64,000 nt of DNA from the human T2T-CHM13v2.0 reference genome, Homo sapiens, in assembly GCF_009914755.1 (NCBI RefSeq), contig NC_060931.1. One strand, 5' to 3'. The stretch's first letter is position 1; the number at the start of each line of letters is the position of its first letter. Positions 1-17,088 of the stretch are shown here, piece by piece. A model generated the notes under the pieces. That model was not told the origin of the DNA, did no database searches, and saw nothing but the letters and a program-made list of their open reading frames with translations. Made by a program: the position numbers and the translations under genes.

Positions 1-1
1 G

Positions 2-324
<323 letters not shown>

Positions 325-957
325 TTATATTAAAAGAAAAATAATGGTCATAATCTGGCCTTAGGGGCTATAGCATCAATGGTGAGGCCTAGATCGCCCA
401 GGTCACTGGGTGTGTATTGACGTTGTTTACATGTTTTATTTCTTTTATGCTTTTTCCCAGAGATTGATTTTTTTTTCTCCCTTATGTGATTCAAAATATC
501 TGCTTACACGTTAAACCCAGCTCAGTTGGCATAATGTCTTTTTAAGGCACAAGCCAGCTTCCTGGGTGTGAGCAGCTTCCACATCAAATGTTCAGTGGGC
601 AAATGAAACATGTGAGTCACACAACACTTGGCACCTCTGTGGCTTTTAATATTTGGTGGCAAACTTCCTACCGCGAGGAGAAAATTTTCAAAGTGGAAGT
701 CCTTTCAGATCCAGATGGCAAAAGAATTTGTTGGGCGAGGGATCTTGATTCTTAATGTTGAGGGGACTAGGAATGTTTGAATTTTCTCCCCCTTGTATTT
801 TCCCAGCCTGGTAGGCCTCCATGGGGGCCAAATTTAGTTGCGAATTTGCCCACTTTTGTGCAGAGTGAGGCTCCATCTATGGAATGTGCTTAACCATAAG
901 GATCAGAAAAATTTCTAGTAGCTTTGTTAAGTGCACAGCAAACAGAAGACAAAGTGT

Positions 958-1096
958 GGCCGGGTGCGGTGGTTTATGCCTGTAGTGCAAGCACTTAGGG
1001 AGGCAGAGATGGGAGGATTGTTGAGCCCAGGATTTCAAGACCCAGCCTGGGCAACATAGCAAGACCCCCTTCTCCAGGAAACGGAAAAAAAAAAAG
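958..1096 (+). mobile_element. FLAM_C-like Alu left monomer
   Basis: Single left arm (gggaggattg...gcaacatagcaagacccc) then A-rich tail; aaagtgtg on both flanks. Confidence 0.85.
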
Positions 1097-1385
1097 AGTT
1101 TGAAAAAAGTGTGTAGACTAACTGAACACTTGCAAGGCAATTTTTTTTTTTTTTGACTGTCTGGAGAGCTTGGGTTCCATGAACACAATACAGCTCTTGT
1201 TCCACGTGACTTACAAGTTGGGCCCCGGGTTTTGTTTTCTTGGCCGAGATCTTGAAGACTGTCTCCAAGTAGGTGTTTCTTCCTTGGCAGCAGGTTTGGC
1301 CAGTTATGTAGTCAGCCCTGTCCTTCTCTGAAGGGTGGGTAGTTGAGTTGGGGGTATGAGAGGGGTGACAGTGGATCATCTTAGC

Positions 1386-2461
<1,076 letters not shown>

Positions 2462-2625
2462 TAAAATGCAATTTTTCTGAAGGTAGTCATTGTTTTTGCA
2501 TGTTTTCTTTTCTTCAAAACATTTTTCATTTGTTAATCAACATTTTATAAGGCTTAATATTAAAAAAGAACCAACCCCACCCCACTTCTCCCCACTCTCA
2601 TTTCCTACACCCAAGAGCAGCCCTG

Positions 2626-2906
2626 GTTTTCTTTTTCTTTCTTTCTTTCTTTTTTTTTTTTTTTTTTTGAGACAGGGTCTCGCTTTGTTGTCCAGGCTGG
2701 AATTGCCGTGGTGCGATCATGGCTCGCTGCAGCCTTGACCAGGTATAGGAAATGAGAGCACTGTGCCCGGCTAATTGTTGTATTTTTTGTAGAGATGGCA
2801 TCTCACCATGTTACCCAGGTGGTCTCGAACTCCTGGGCTCAAGCAATCCTCCCGCCTCCGCCTCCCAAAAAGCTGGGATTACAGGCATGAGCCATTGTGC
2901 CCAGCC
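2626..2906 (-). mobile_element. AluJ with internal deletion in right arm
   Basis: Antisense Alu; TSD-like cagcc(c)ctggttttct at 2618-2632 and 2906-2921. Confidence 0.88.
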
Positions 2907-3061
2907 AGCCCCTGGTTTTCTAAGTAGCAGGCTTATACCACTTGTCTTTGATATTTCAGTGTTAGGTGTTGACTTACTGATGTGTTTTATGAGACATGGA
3001 TGAGGATTCTGGCCTCAGAAAAGGCTGCCTACGCCTCTCTCTTTCTCAGAATAGTCACATT

Positions 3062-3357
3062 TCACCTGTAATTCCAGTGCTTTGGAAGGCCGAGACAAAA
3101 GGATCACCGGAGGCCAGGAGCTCTTGACTAGCCTCGGCAACATTGCAAAACTCTGTCTCTACCAAAATAATTAAAAATAAAAAAATTATCCAGGTGTGGT
3201 GGTGTGCACCTGTAAGTCCCAGCTACATGGGTAGCTGGGGTGGGAGGATTGCTTAAGCTGGGGAGGTCAAGGATGCAGTGAGCTATGACCACACCCCTGT
3301 ACTCCAGCCTGGGTGACAGAGCGAGAGTCTGTCTCTTAGAAAATAACAAATAAATAC
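3062..3357 (+). mobile_element. AluJ, slightly 5'-truncated
   Basis: J-type right arm (gggaggattgctt...gcagtgagctatg); atagtca on both flanks. Confidence 0.9.
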
Positions 3358-4057
3358 ATTTTTAAAAGCATAGTCATACTTCTCTTTTTGGCTCAATCAA
3401 TTTTCAAATATACAGTGTTTCCATAGCTATGACTTTGTAAATATTAGTATTCTTTGTACACTACTTAATGTATGCCTAAACTCTCCTCCAGCAACATAGA
3501 TCTCTTAAAATATGGAAGGCCATCAGTGAGGTAGGGTTTCATCTTTCTTGGTGACAGCCCTTCTTGGCCCCCCTATTCTGCCCAGCTGGGTCTCCCATTC
3601 CTCATCATCTCGGGGGCTTCCTCCCATCTCTCTCCAGCTTTGGATCTCCTGACTCGTGTACGCCATGGCTTTGTTCTTCCTGGTTAACCTCTCATTTGCT
3701 GCGGGGATGTTCTCCGATTGCTTCCTGATAGATGGTGACCATATCTGCGATCCGACAAGATCTTCTTTATTCTGTCCTCAAATCCCAGGTTGGAAAACAC
3801 TTCCTGCAGAATGGGAAAGATTTGGCTCCCCGTTTTCTAGCATCCGTCAAGGGTGTTCTGCATTTTTGTCCTTTGTTCTAACACCTTGTAGAGTTATCTT
3901 TTTCTTCTTCTTCTCAGATTTCATGAACACGCACCTTGGCGTGGTTCTTATGGCCTGGTCTCTGTTTTCTGTCTTCCAGAGTTGCGTTAGTCAGATGTTG
4001 CACTTTGTGGCCTGATCTGCTAATTTTTCTTACTTTTCATTTGTCTTTCTTCTCTCT

Positions 4058-4388
<331 letters not shown>

Positions 4389-4563
4389 TGATGTGTTTTC
4401 TGCAGGAATTTCTCAACCTTCCAGTCTTTCTAAACTTTTATGCATCTTATTTTAGATTTCCAAGTTTTCTTATTCTTTGAACATTTTTATGGTCTGTTCT
4501 TTCATGGAAGCATCATCTTTTATATTCCTGGCTACATTCATCACAGTTTTTTAAAAAGTTTTT

Positions 4564-4860
4564 GGCCAGGCAAGGTGGCTCATGCCTGTAATCCCAGCAC
4601 TTTGGGAGGCCAAGGTGGGCTGATTGCTTGAGCCCAGGAGTTTGAGACCAACCTGGGCAACATGGCAAAACCCTGTCTCTACTAAAAAGACAACAATTAG
4701 CTGGGCATCGTGGCACACACCTGTAGTCCCAGCTACTTGGGTAGCCGAGGTGGGAGGATGGCTTGAACACTGAAGGTGGAGGTTGCAGTGAGCCGAGATC
4801 ACACCACTGTACTCCAGCCTGGGCGACAGAGCAAGAACCTGTTGCAACAAATAAAAAAAT
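4564..4860 (+). mobile_element. AluJ
   Basis: Sense dimer; ttttaaaaa(a)gtttt on both flanks. Confidence 0.92.
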
Positions 4861-4895
4861 TTTAAAAAAGTTTTCTTCTGTTCTCTGCGTTGGAA

Positions 4896-5211
<316 letters not shown>

Positions 5212-5239
5212 TGAATTCTTACTGTCTTTACTTTGTAAA

Positions 5240-5650
5240 ATGTTTTTTAAAAATATATAAACAGTTGCATACCATGCATTTTGGTTGCAAAATATAATAC
5301 AGTGAACACCCAGGAACCCTCCACCCAACCCTAAGAACCAGAGCTTTGCCAGTCAATTGCATCCACCTGTATATTCCTCCCACCTCCTATTCCCTGCCCC
5401 CTCTCTGGGACAGGTGACCCATCCTAAGTAGTGTATTTATTATGCTCTTGCCTAAAATAATGTATTTTCTGCACCCATGAATAGATGCTTAAGTAGTATA
5501 TGATTACTCTTCCCTGAGTTTGAGCTCTATAAAAATGGTATTATTCTGCAATAGACTTGCAGGATTTGCCTTTTGAACTTGAGTTACTGCAACATTATCT
5601 GTGAGGTTGTCTGTTATAACTGTGGTCCATTTATTTTCTCTGATGCTTAA
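5240..5650 (-). mobile_element. Ancient L1M (L1ME-like) 3' fragment
   Basis: Degenerate resemblance to antisense L1ME 3' end (ctataaaaatggtattattctg..., ccatttattttctctgatg). Confidence 0.5.
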
Positions 5651-5806
5651 ACCCAGTTGTGCGGCTAGACCCAAATTTCTTTAGCCTTTGTCCTGTCGCT
5701 TTGTCTGTTTTCCTCGTTTCCCTCTTTGTTTTGGTCCCAGTTAGAGGTTTCCTCAAATGCCTAGTGACGTGTTGTTGTTTGTTCATATATCAGAGCATGG
5801 CAATAG

Positions 5807-5811
<5 letters not shown>

Positions 5812-5853
<42 letters not shown>
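5812..5853. repeat. (GT)21 microsatellite
   Basis: Perfect dinucleotide run. Confidence 0.98.
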
Positions 5854-5854
<1 letters not shown>

Positions 5855-6639
5855 GGGGTAAAGAGCAGTTTTGGTGGCCCCCACCGTAAGTAATTAACCC
5901 AGGTGTCTAGTTGCGGGGAGCCCCCAGGCATGGGTATCAGTGGCTCATTCTCTTGGACTGGTCAGTTTCTCTAGCAAGGAGCCCTCAGTGTTCCTGCTGG
6001 GTGGTGCAGTTGGGAACTGTTAGTCTGACCACCTGTCTTCTAGGCACCAGGCTGGGGCATGTGCTGGGATATTCACTCAGCCCCCTGCCCATGGTCATGA
6101 GAAACCCCAGTCTTCTGCCCACAGTGCAGGAGGGACCTGACCGCAGTGGCATTTTGCACACCTGCCCGGCCTCCAAGTCCTGCAGCTCGAATGAGCTTGC
6201 TTGCTGCAGGCGGCCTGCTCCATCTTGAGGCTTGTCTGGAAAGGCGGCTTCGGCTTTCCAGTGCTTTCCAGCGCTTTCCAGCTTCTGAGATTTTGGGGGC
6301 TTTTCATTTGTTCTTGCTTTCCTGTCCTCTTTGTCAGGTGAGTTTATACCTTTCTGTTCCAAAGCAAACAGGATCGTCTGCCATGTTGAACTGGATGTCG
6401 GACAATTCTGAAATGTGTGCATGGGGCAAGGCTGTGTGTGATGATACCAGTTTCATAGGAAACACTTCGGTTTTGGTTTTGTCTTTCAAAGTCATCTTTT
6501 GTGAGCGCCTTCTAGCCGGGCTGCCAGCGGGTAACATATGATTAACACAAGTTTGGAGTCTGTCTGCAGAGCAACTTTATGAAATGCTCAGAAAGCCAGT
6601 CTCCTAAGCATAGGAGCCTGTTTGGTTGGTGATGGGATG

Positions 6640-6730
6640 AGGAAGCAGTGGGGGCTTTGGCACCAGAGGCCTGGGCTCAAATCCTGCCTCCATCATTTAG
6701 GGGTTGGGCATCTCCATTCCCTTATCTCTG
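6640..6730 (+). mobile_element. MIR fragment
   Basis: ggcctgggctcaaatcctgcctcca resembles the MIR tRNA-derived head. Confidence 0.55.
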
Positions 6731-6908
6731 GGTGGCGAGAACTTCCTAAGTTCTTAGTGTTTGGAAGGGACCCCCTCCATAAAGTGAGGTGCCTCTTGGC
6801 CACTGCTCAGCCAGTGGGGGCTGTTCCTAACAGTTGCCTCCTCCGATTGCTGGAGTAAGAAATGACACCCTGTCTCCCATTTCTGTGGCACCCCATTCTC
6901 AACAGTGA

Positions 6909-7300
<392 letters not shown>

Positions 7301-7829
7301 TGACCTCCCTCTTCTCTGTTAATGCATCCTCTTCCCTCTTGCTTAAAAATTTCCCCAGTGCCGTGGCATCTTACCTCCTGCTGAAGTGTGTGCTGATGCT
7401 TTGCTGGGGGCTGGACCCCGTCCCTTGGAGCCTGGCCCAGGCCCTGCCTCCCAGTGAAACCCTGGCCGCCTTTCCAACCTCAGAGGCTCTATCTCCTCCC
7501 AAACCCTGTAGCCCTTCCAGTTGCTGGTCACTGACTTCCATTAATTGGCCCGGTGGCCTTGCCTGCCAGGGGGACCATGAGGTGAGGGGCCGTGTCCTCC
7601 GAGTGGTCTCTTTCTCCAGGGTGCTGGGGACCCAAGAAATGCCTGGTCGTTTCTCATAGGTTGATAAGGAAAATGAGGCCTAGGTAGGGACAGGCAGGAT
7701 TTCACCTGAATTTACAAGATGATGCAATGGAAGAGTCTTCAGTATATTTTCACGTATTTTAGAATTGAGTTACAACATTCATTTTGGTACTTTCTCTGTG
7801 TTCTCCCCATGTGTTAAAAAGCAGCTTAA

Positions 7830-8463
<634 letters not shown>

Positions 8464-10016
8464 CTAAATTCTGCTGGAAGTGTGCAGTAAAGCACAAGTT
8501 TTCAGCCATCAACGCAGGGAGCCGTTAATCACGACCCATAATAACCAGAATGTTATTCCACGGTTGCGGTTTGTTTATTTCATCAGAGTTGCGTCTTCAC
8601 CTATTTCCCTCCCTACTCTTAATTGTTTATCCAAGTTAGTGTTTTCCATTCTTTCACTGAAGGCTCTAAAAATGGTCCCATCAAGAAGTCTGGTAGATAA
8701 TGGAAGACGAAGTGGACTTTACAGAAAGATGAATTTTCTTCCCTAGAGCTGGAAAACCCTTCAGCGTGTCATGCGTTCCCCAGCCAGGACAGACAAAGCC
8801 ACGCAATCTGTTTCCTGCAGGCCCAGAGGGGAAGGCTTCCTCCTTGTGGTTAGTGACTTCAAAAGCTGTCCTCACTAGAGCAAGTCCAACTCTTCCTCTA
8901 GTTCTGATGACTTCACGGCAGCCAACTGAGCTGCTGAACGCTGTTTTTTTCTACGCAGAAACCCTCCCGACTTTCACGAGGAGTTGACAGGTTTTCCTCT
9001 TCACTCGGGCTCCCTTGTCATCGTTAAACTGAAACTGCTTTCTTGTAGCCAAATTCTGTGGTCCCTTTTCGGCCTCGGCCTCCTTGACCTCTCTGTGTCC
9101 CCACCTTGGCTCTCCCACGCCTGCCAGCCGTACCACAGGCCCCGGGTGTGAACCCTCCCTCCGCGGTCATGCAGCCACGCCTCTGCTCAAGCTGTGCCTC
9201 CTCCTGGGCGCACCCTCCCTCTCCCATCCTTCAGCCTCTGAAGTCCTGCCCAGCTCCGGTTCCTGTTTCTGTTAGGACGAGGCCCTTCAGATCCTCTCCA
9301 GCAGGTGGACTCTGTCCTGCCCCGTACCACCCGCCGCGGGCCACTTTTGGGCCTGCGCCATGTTCCTGCCCTTACCCCGCCCGGTGTTAGCGTCACGTGG
9401 GTCCTGATGTCCTCCCTCTCCCAGGCCTCTGCTTATCTGATTGGGGGCTGTGCTTGACTCTGAAACCCGGGCACCTCCTACAGGGCATTTTGCCTGTCAC
9501 AGGCCTAGCATTCAATACCTATCATATTTTTGAAATATCTGCAGAAATAAAAAGAAATAACTATTTTCTTCTTCAGGAGTTAAGATGCGTGGCCACCAAG
9601 TACTTTTCAATACATAAAATATGTTTTCAGCACAGAAAGGCCTTTCACCGCTCTTACTTACATAGTCTGCTTTTGGTATGATGGGGACGGATGAAAAATG
9701 AGGACTGTAGGCCTCCGAAGTCAGCTGTTTTGAATTAAAGCAGCGCACGCTTTGAGTCAGGTGAAGCGAGGATGGGGTTTCACCCGTTGAGGATGAATTT
9801 GCTGGGTTACTTTAAACTGGAACTGTTCTTTTCAGAAATGAGTGAAGCAGGAAGGGAAAGACGGAGCTTGTCTGGCTGGGTCGGATGACCCCCTTTGCCA
9901 GGCCGTCACCCCTCTAGGTTGAGTTAGCTCAGAATAACTTAGCTGTGCTATAGCTTTGCATAATTGCAAGGAGCTTTGTTTCGTTTTATTTTGCAGGGAA
10001 TTTTTTTCCCCCCTTA

Positions 10017-10379
<363 letters not shown>

Positions 10380-10599
10380 CTATTTTTGTTGTTTCTGAGG
10401 AGTAGGGTTTCTTACCAGGGAACCTGCTTTAAAAAAATGCAGTATGTAGATTCCTTAAGAATAAAGTTAAGCAGCAGCTAACCAAGCACATGGCTAAAAA
10501 CCCGGCCAAGAGCATTGTAGTATCTGGTTTTGGGGTTGGTGGTGGGGATCCCATTTTAGAGGCCGACTTTGGTTTGTGATGGTTAGGTTTTACTTTCTT

Positions 10600-10840
10600 A
10601 GGTCTCAGCTCACATGTCCCCTTCTCAGAGGAGCCATCCTCACCCATCCCTTCTTGGTCCCTCCCGCCTTCCCTGACTTTTTCTTCTTCAATGACTTATC
10701 TGCACATGATCCCCTACTTATAAAACCTGTGTCTTCCACTCCTCTCACCCGAAAGAATGTTTGAATTCTGAAAACAATGACTTTGTTCTTAGCACCCACA
10801 ACAGCAAATGCTCAGTGAGCCCTATGTTGAGTGAGTTAGT
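10600..10840 (+). mobile_element. L2 3' fragment
   Basis: ggtctcagctcacatgtccccttctcagaggag and terminal tgttgagtgagt resemble the L2 3' end. Confidence 0.6.
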
Positions 10841-10883
10841 TGTGAGCTGTGGTGGTTTAGTGAGGGTATACTTTGGCCCTTAG

Positions 10884-11162
<279 letters not shown>

Positions 11163-12029
11163 GGAATGGCTGTTTAATCACAAGAAAGTCTTCCCTTCAT
11201 GCGTTGTGAAAACCAGCAGTATTTTAATTGAAGAAATCCGGTATTGTTTGGCTTTCTAGATTTGGAAGTAGGTCAGGTGGCTAATGATTGAAAATGGACC
11301 GGCAACCAGAGGGCCTTTGGAAACTCTAGCTCGACTTCAGGCTATAGTTTTGTTTATGCCCTTGTCACTAAAGGCACTGCCCATGAGAGCTGGGTTTGCA
11401 GTCCCTGCTGAGCCTGGGGTTGAGAGCAGAGCCCTAGAGTAACTCAGCAAAGGCATCCCTCCCTGCACCTGAGCTGGGGGAGAGGCGGCTTATGATTAAC
11501 TCAGCGATGTCTCAAATGCCATTTCTAGAGGCTGAACACATTAACTTTTAAAAAATGATTTAAAAATTACCAATTGACCGTATCCGGGGCTGAACCTGCG
11601 TGATTCAGCTTCTTTTAAAAATATCTTTTCTCAACAAATTGCTTCCTTAACATTTTAATTTGTTGATCATCAAGGAAGCTTGCCAAATATTAGCTGTTCT
11701 TTTCCATTTCCTACCGCCTCAAGCTTCCCGTATTTGGCCTATTTCAGTGGAGCTGTAAGGTCACTCCCTATTTTTCTTCCCAAATAACTGTATTTATTAC
11801 TGTCAGGTATTGGCGGGTTTGATCCAGCTGTCATCAGAACGTTTGGAAATACCGTTTTTTGCCAGAATGCTGATTTAATGATCTCATACTGACATGGCTT
11901 GTTCTCTCTGCAGACTTGATAACTTGTTGAATATGTTCCCTCTTCTTATTGAGCAATGGTGCTTTTTGAAAATTTTTCCCAGCCAGAAGGCTTCATGGGT
12001 AGTATCTTTAAGATCCTAGCAGAAGGTTG

Positions 12030-12353
12030 CTTTTCTCTCTCTCTCTCTCTCAGTCCTTTCTTTTTCTCTTTTCTTTGCTTCTTTCCTTCTTTCCTTTTTC
12101 TTTCTTTTCTTTCTTCTCTTTCTTTCTCTTTTCTTGGCTTATTTCCTTCTTTCCTTTGTCTTTCTTTGCTCCTTCCTTCCTTCCTTTTCTTCCTTCCCCT
12201 TTCTTTTTCCTTCCCTCCCTCCCTCCCTACCTTCCTCCCTTCCTTCCTTCCTCTCTCTTTCTGTCTCTCTGTCTCTGCCTGCTTTTTCCTCTCTCTCTCT
12301 GTCTCTCCCCCCTTCTCCCCTCTCCTATCCTCTTCTTCCTTTTTTCTTTTTTT
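12030..12353. repeat. CT-rich polypyrimidine low-complexity tract (~320 bp)
   Basis: Mixed (CT)n, (CTTT)n, (CCTT)n and (CCCT)n with very few purines. Confidence 0.97.
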
Positions 12354-12439
12354 GGAAGGCCCAGATTAGTAGCAGAGACTCTCCTTGAAGGGGATAGATG
12401 CATTGTCGCTGTTTGGTATTTTGAACAGATTCTTAAGAA

Positions 12440-12690
12440 AATGTTTTCCTGGTGGAAGATTTCAGACACACATGAGGTGAGAATAATGAACCCTGTGTGC
12501 TGCCCCCAGCATGATCAGTTCCAAACTATTGGCCTGTCTAGTTTCATCTCCGCCCCTGCCTACTCCTGGAATTTTGAAAAGGACATCATATTATTTTCTC
12601 CATAAATATTTCAGTATGTATCTCTAAAAGATAATGTCACTTCGAAAAAAATACCTAATACCACGATCACACCTAAAACATAAATGAACA
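12440..12690 (-). mobile_element. L1MC4/5-like 3' fragment
   Basis: gacatcatattattttctccataaatatttcagtatgtatctctaaaagataa motif. Confidence 0.7.
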
Positions 12691-12829
12691 ATATGAAGGA
12701 TGAGTTTCTGCTGTGTGGCATGGCAGAATGATGCTCTGTGGGGTCCCAGGGGAGAGGTGAGCTAAGTTCAGTGTGTCACCTGCTGTCACCTGCCATCACC
12801 TGTCCCAGGGCCTGGGGCTAGCCACTGCT

Positions 12830-12872
12830 CTTTTGTGAGCCTCAGTTTCTTCATCTATAAAACTAGAGGATT
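12830..12872 (+). mobile_element. MIR core fragment
   Basis: tgagcctcagtttcttcatctataaaa. Confidence 0.7.
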
Positions 12873-12879
12873 GTACTAG

Positions 12880-13312
12880 TCTGTCTGTCTTTCCTTCCTT
12901 TCCTCCCTTTCCTGTCCTGTCCTGTCCTTTCCTTTCCTTTATCCTCTCTCTCTTTTATCTCCCCTTCCTCCCTTCCTTCCTTCCTTCCTTCCTTCCTTCC
13001 TTCCTTCCTTCCTTCCCTCCTTCCCCTCTCTTCTTCTCTCTTTCCTTTTTTTAAAGAGACAGAGTCTTGTTGTGTCACCCAGGCTGGAGTGCAGTGGTGC
13101 AGCCATAGCTCACTGCAGCCTTGACCTGGTAGTCTCAAGTGATCCTCCCACCTCAGCCTGTGAGGTTCCGGGAACACAGGTGGGCAACACCATGCCTGGC
13201 TAATTTTTAAATTTTTTGTAGAGACAGGCTAGTCTTGAACTGGCCTCAAGCGATCCTCTTGCCTCAGGCCCCCAAAGTGCCGGGTTTATAGGCTGAGCCA
13301 CTGCACCCGGCC
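12880..13312 (-). mobile_element. AluJ with (TTCC)n/CT-rich expanded tail
   Basis: Antisense AluJ at 13045-13312; CT-rich tract at 12880-13045; TSD tgtactagt / tgcactagt. Confidence 0.9.
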
Positions 13313-13918
13313 TGCACTAGTTTTTTTTGTCTCTAGAAATCTGCATCTCTGAATGTGTTAGGTCCTGACCTGCTTTAGAACGGATCTCAGCCACCCTGCT
13401 CCTTCGAACCCACATTTCTGCCCCGTGTCTGCTGGTCGCAGGAATTGGCACATTTTCCTTTAGCTGCGCCCACCAGTCCTTGCACGCATACTCCTGGTCA
13501 CTTTTTTAATGTCTGGCAGATGGTTTCAAGTGCAATGGCGTCTCTGCGTAATAGTTGATTCTCTAAAGAACAGAGTCTACTAAGTGGAAGCTGCGTTTCC
13601 ACATTTAGCAGTTAGCTGTTAAGAGCCAGTAACAGGTGCAAATTTGCAACCCGTTTTTTCCCCAATCTTTTGGAATGGAAATGGTTCAGTCATTTGAATT
13701 TAACAAACTGCCTGCCCGGCATGCACTGCAGATGCTGGGCTGCAAAGCTGGTTTTGGTGCTGGTTGGCCCCCTGGGTGCCCCTGTCTACTGAGGGTGGGA
13801 CAGGCGGAGGACTGGGGGCTCAGTGCTGCAGAGGCACATGTAGGGTGGGGTGGGGTGGGGTGGAGAAGAAGTCCTGACCAGTCCTGATTTGGTGGTGCTG
13901 GTGCTTATGGGCTAGTGA

Positions 13919-14378
<460 letters not shown>

Positions 14379-15134
14379 TGATTTATTTCCTTTGAATTTT
14401 TTTTTCTCTGAATAAATGGATTGATGATATCTATTGACATAGTCAGAAACTCAAGAAACATCTATGGAGCATCTAGCCATGGAGCAGACACTCCTGTTGG
14501 TCTCGGGGGTGTGTGGCGGGAAGGTCAGAGTCCTTCTAGTCCTCCAAGAGCTTCCAGTCTGGTGGGTCCCTAGAATATAATACATTGTGTGTTGTCGTAG
14601 GCGGGACTTGCACGCTGTGCAGTTGGCTTTACGGTTGACACCAGGCCACCAGTGGCCTCCTCCGCCTGCCCTTCCAGCCTGCGGTTGTCCTTCAGCTGCT
14701 GCCTGTGAAATGTGATCCTTTCCATAAGTCCCCAGCACAGAGACTGGGAAGGCAGTTTCTAAGAAGGCCCTTCTGTTGGGCTGGCTCAGAACCTGCCCCC
14801 TTTCCTCTGACTTGCCTATAAAAAGGTGGGTTTTTCCTCCTGCCTATAAAAAGGTGGGATTTCACACTGACATAATTTACATCGAGGGACATATTAAACC
14901 TGGTGTAATTTGCAAGTGTGCCCTGAACACGTTTCATCATCAGGCTCGTTGTGGAGACCACGGTGTCCCTTTCCTTCCCATCATAAGTCCCCGGTGTGTG
15001 TGTGTGTGTGGAAAGTTTAGAGCTCCCAAAGTTTAGAGCTCAGAGAGGATAAAGACCCGTATTACTAAACTTATCAGGAAAATGTGGCTTCAGATTATTT
15101 TTTTTCACAGCAATAATTGCATTTCATGTATTTT

Positions 15135-15881
<747 letters not shown>

Positions 15882-15894
15882 AGGGCTCTTTTTA

Positions 15895-16775
15895 TATTGC
15901 AAAACTGAAACTCTGCACCCATTAAACAATAACACTCCATTTCTTCCCCACCATGCCCTGGCAACCATGATTCCACTTTGTCTCTATGCCTTTGACCACT
16001 CTAGGTCCCTCGTCTAAGTGGAATCATACAGTATTGTCTTTCTGTGACTGGCTCAGTTCACTTAGCACAGTGTCAAAGTTCCTCCATGTCGTAGCTTGTG
16101 TCAGAATTTCCTTTCTTTCTAAGGCTGAACAATATTCCGTGGTGTGTGTATACCCCATTTTGTGTATTCATTCATCAATCAGTGGATGCTTGCGTTGCTT
16201 CTACCATTTGGCTGTGGTGACACTGTGTGAACTCTGGTGTGTATATATCTCTTCAAGACCCAGTTTTCGTTTCTTTTGAGTTTATACCCAAAAGTGGAAT
16301 TCTGTTTGGGTTGCACCATTTTAAATTCCCACCAATGGTGCACAAGGGTTCCAATTTCTCCACAGCCTCGCCAGCATTTGTCATTTTCTGGATTGTTTTT
16401 TTTTTTTTGGAGACAGGATCTCACTGTGTTGCCCAGGCTGGAGTGCAGTGGCACAATCATGGCTCACTGGATCCTTGACCTCCTAGGCTCAATCAATCCA
16501 TCCACCTCAGCCTCCTGAGTAGCTGGGACTATAGGTGTGCACCACCACACCCCGCTAATTTTTATATTTTTTTGTAGAGATGGCGTCTTGCTGTGTTGCC
16601 CAGGTTGGTCTTGAACTCCTGAGCTCAAGCGATCCTGCTGCCTTGGTCTCCCAAAGTGCTGGGGTTATAGGGGTGAGCCACCATGCCTAGCCTGGATTTT
16701 TTTCTTTTTTAATGGTAGACATCTTAGTGGGTTTAAGGTGGTATCTCATTGTGGTTTTGATTTGCATTTCCCTAA
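15895..16775 (-). mobile_element. L1MB-like 3' region, interrupted by AluJ at 16396-16692
   Basis: aagtggaatcatacagtattgtc, gtgtcagaatttcctttctttctaaggctgaa, ggtatctcattgtggttttgatttgcatttccct. Confidence 0.88.
16396..16692 (-). mobile_element. AluJ inserted in L1MB
   Basis: Antisense J-type dimer; tggatt on both flanks. Confidence 0.92.
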
Positions 16776-16782
16776 TAGATAG

Positions 16783-17088
<306 letters not shown>

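Noticed and set aside
11956-12605. Long Phe/Leu/Ser-rich ORFs resembling membrane proteins
   Set aside because: Artefact of a stop-free CT-rich tract.
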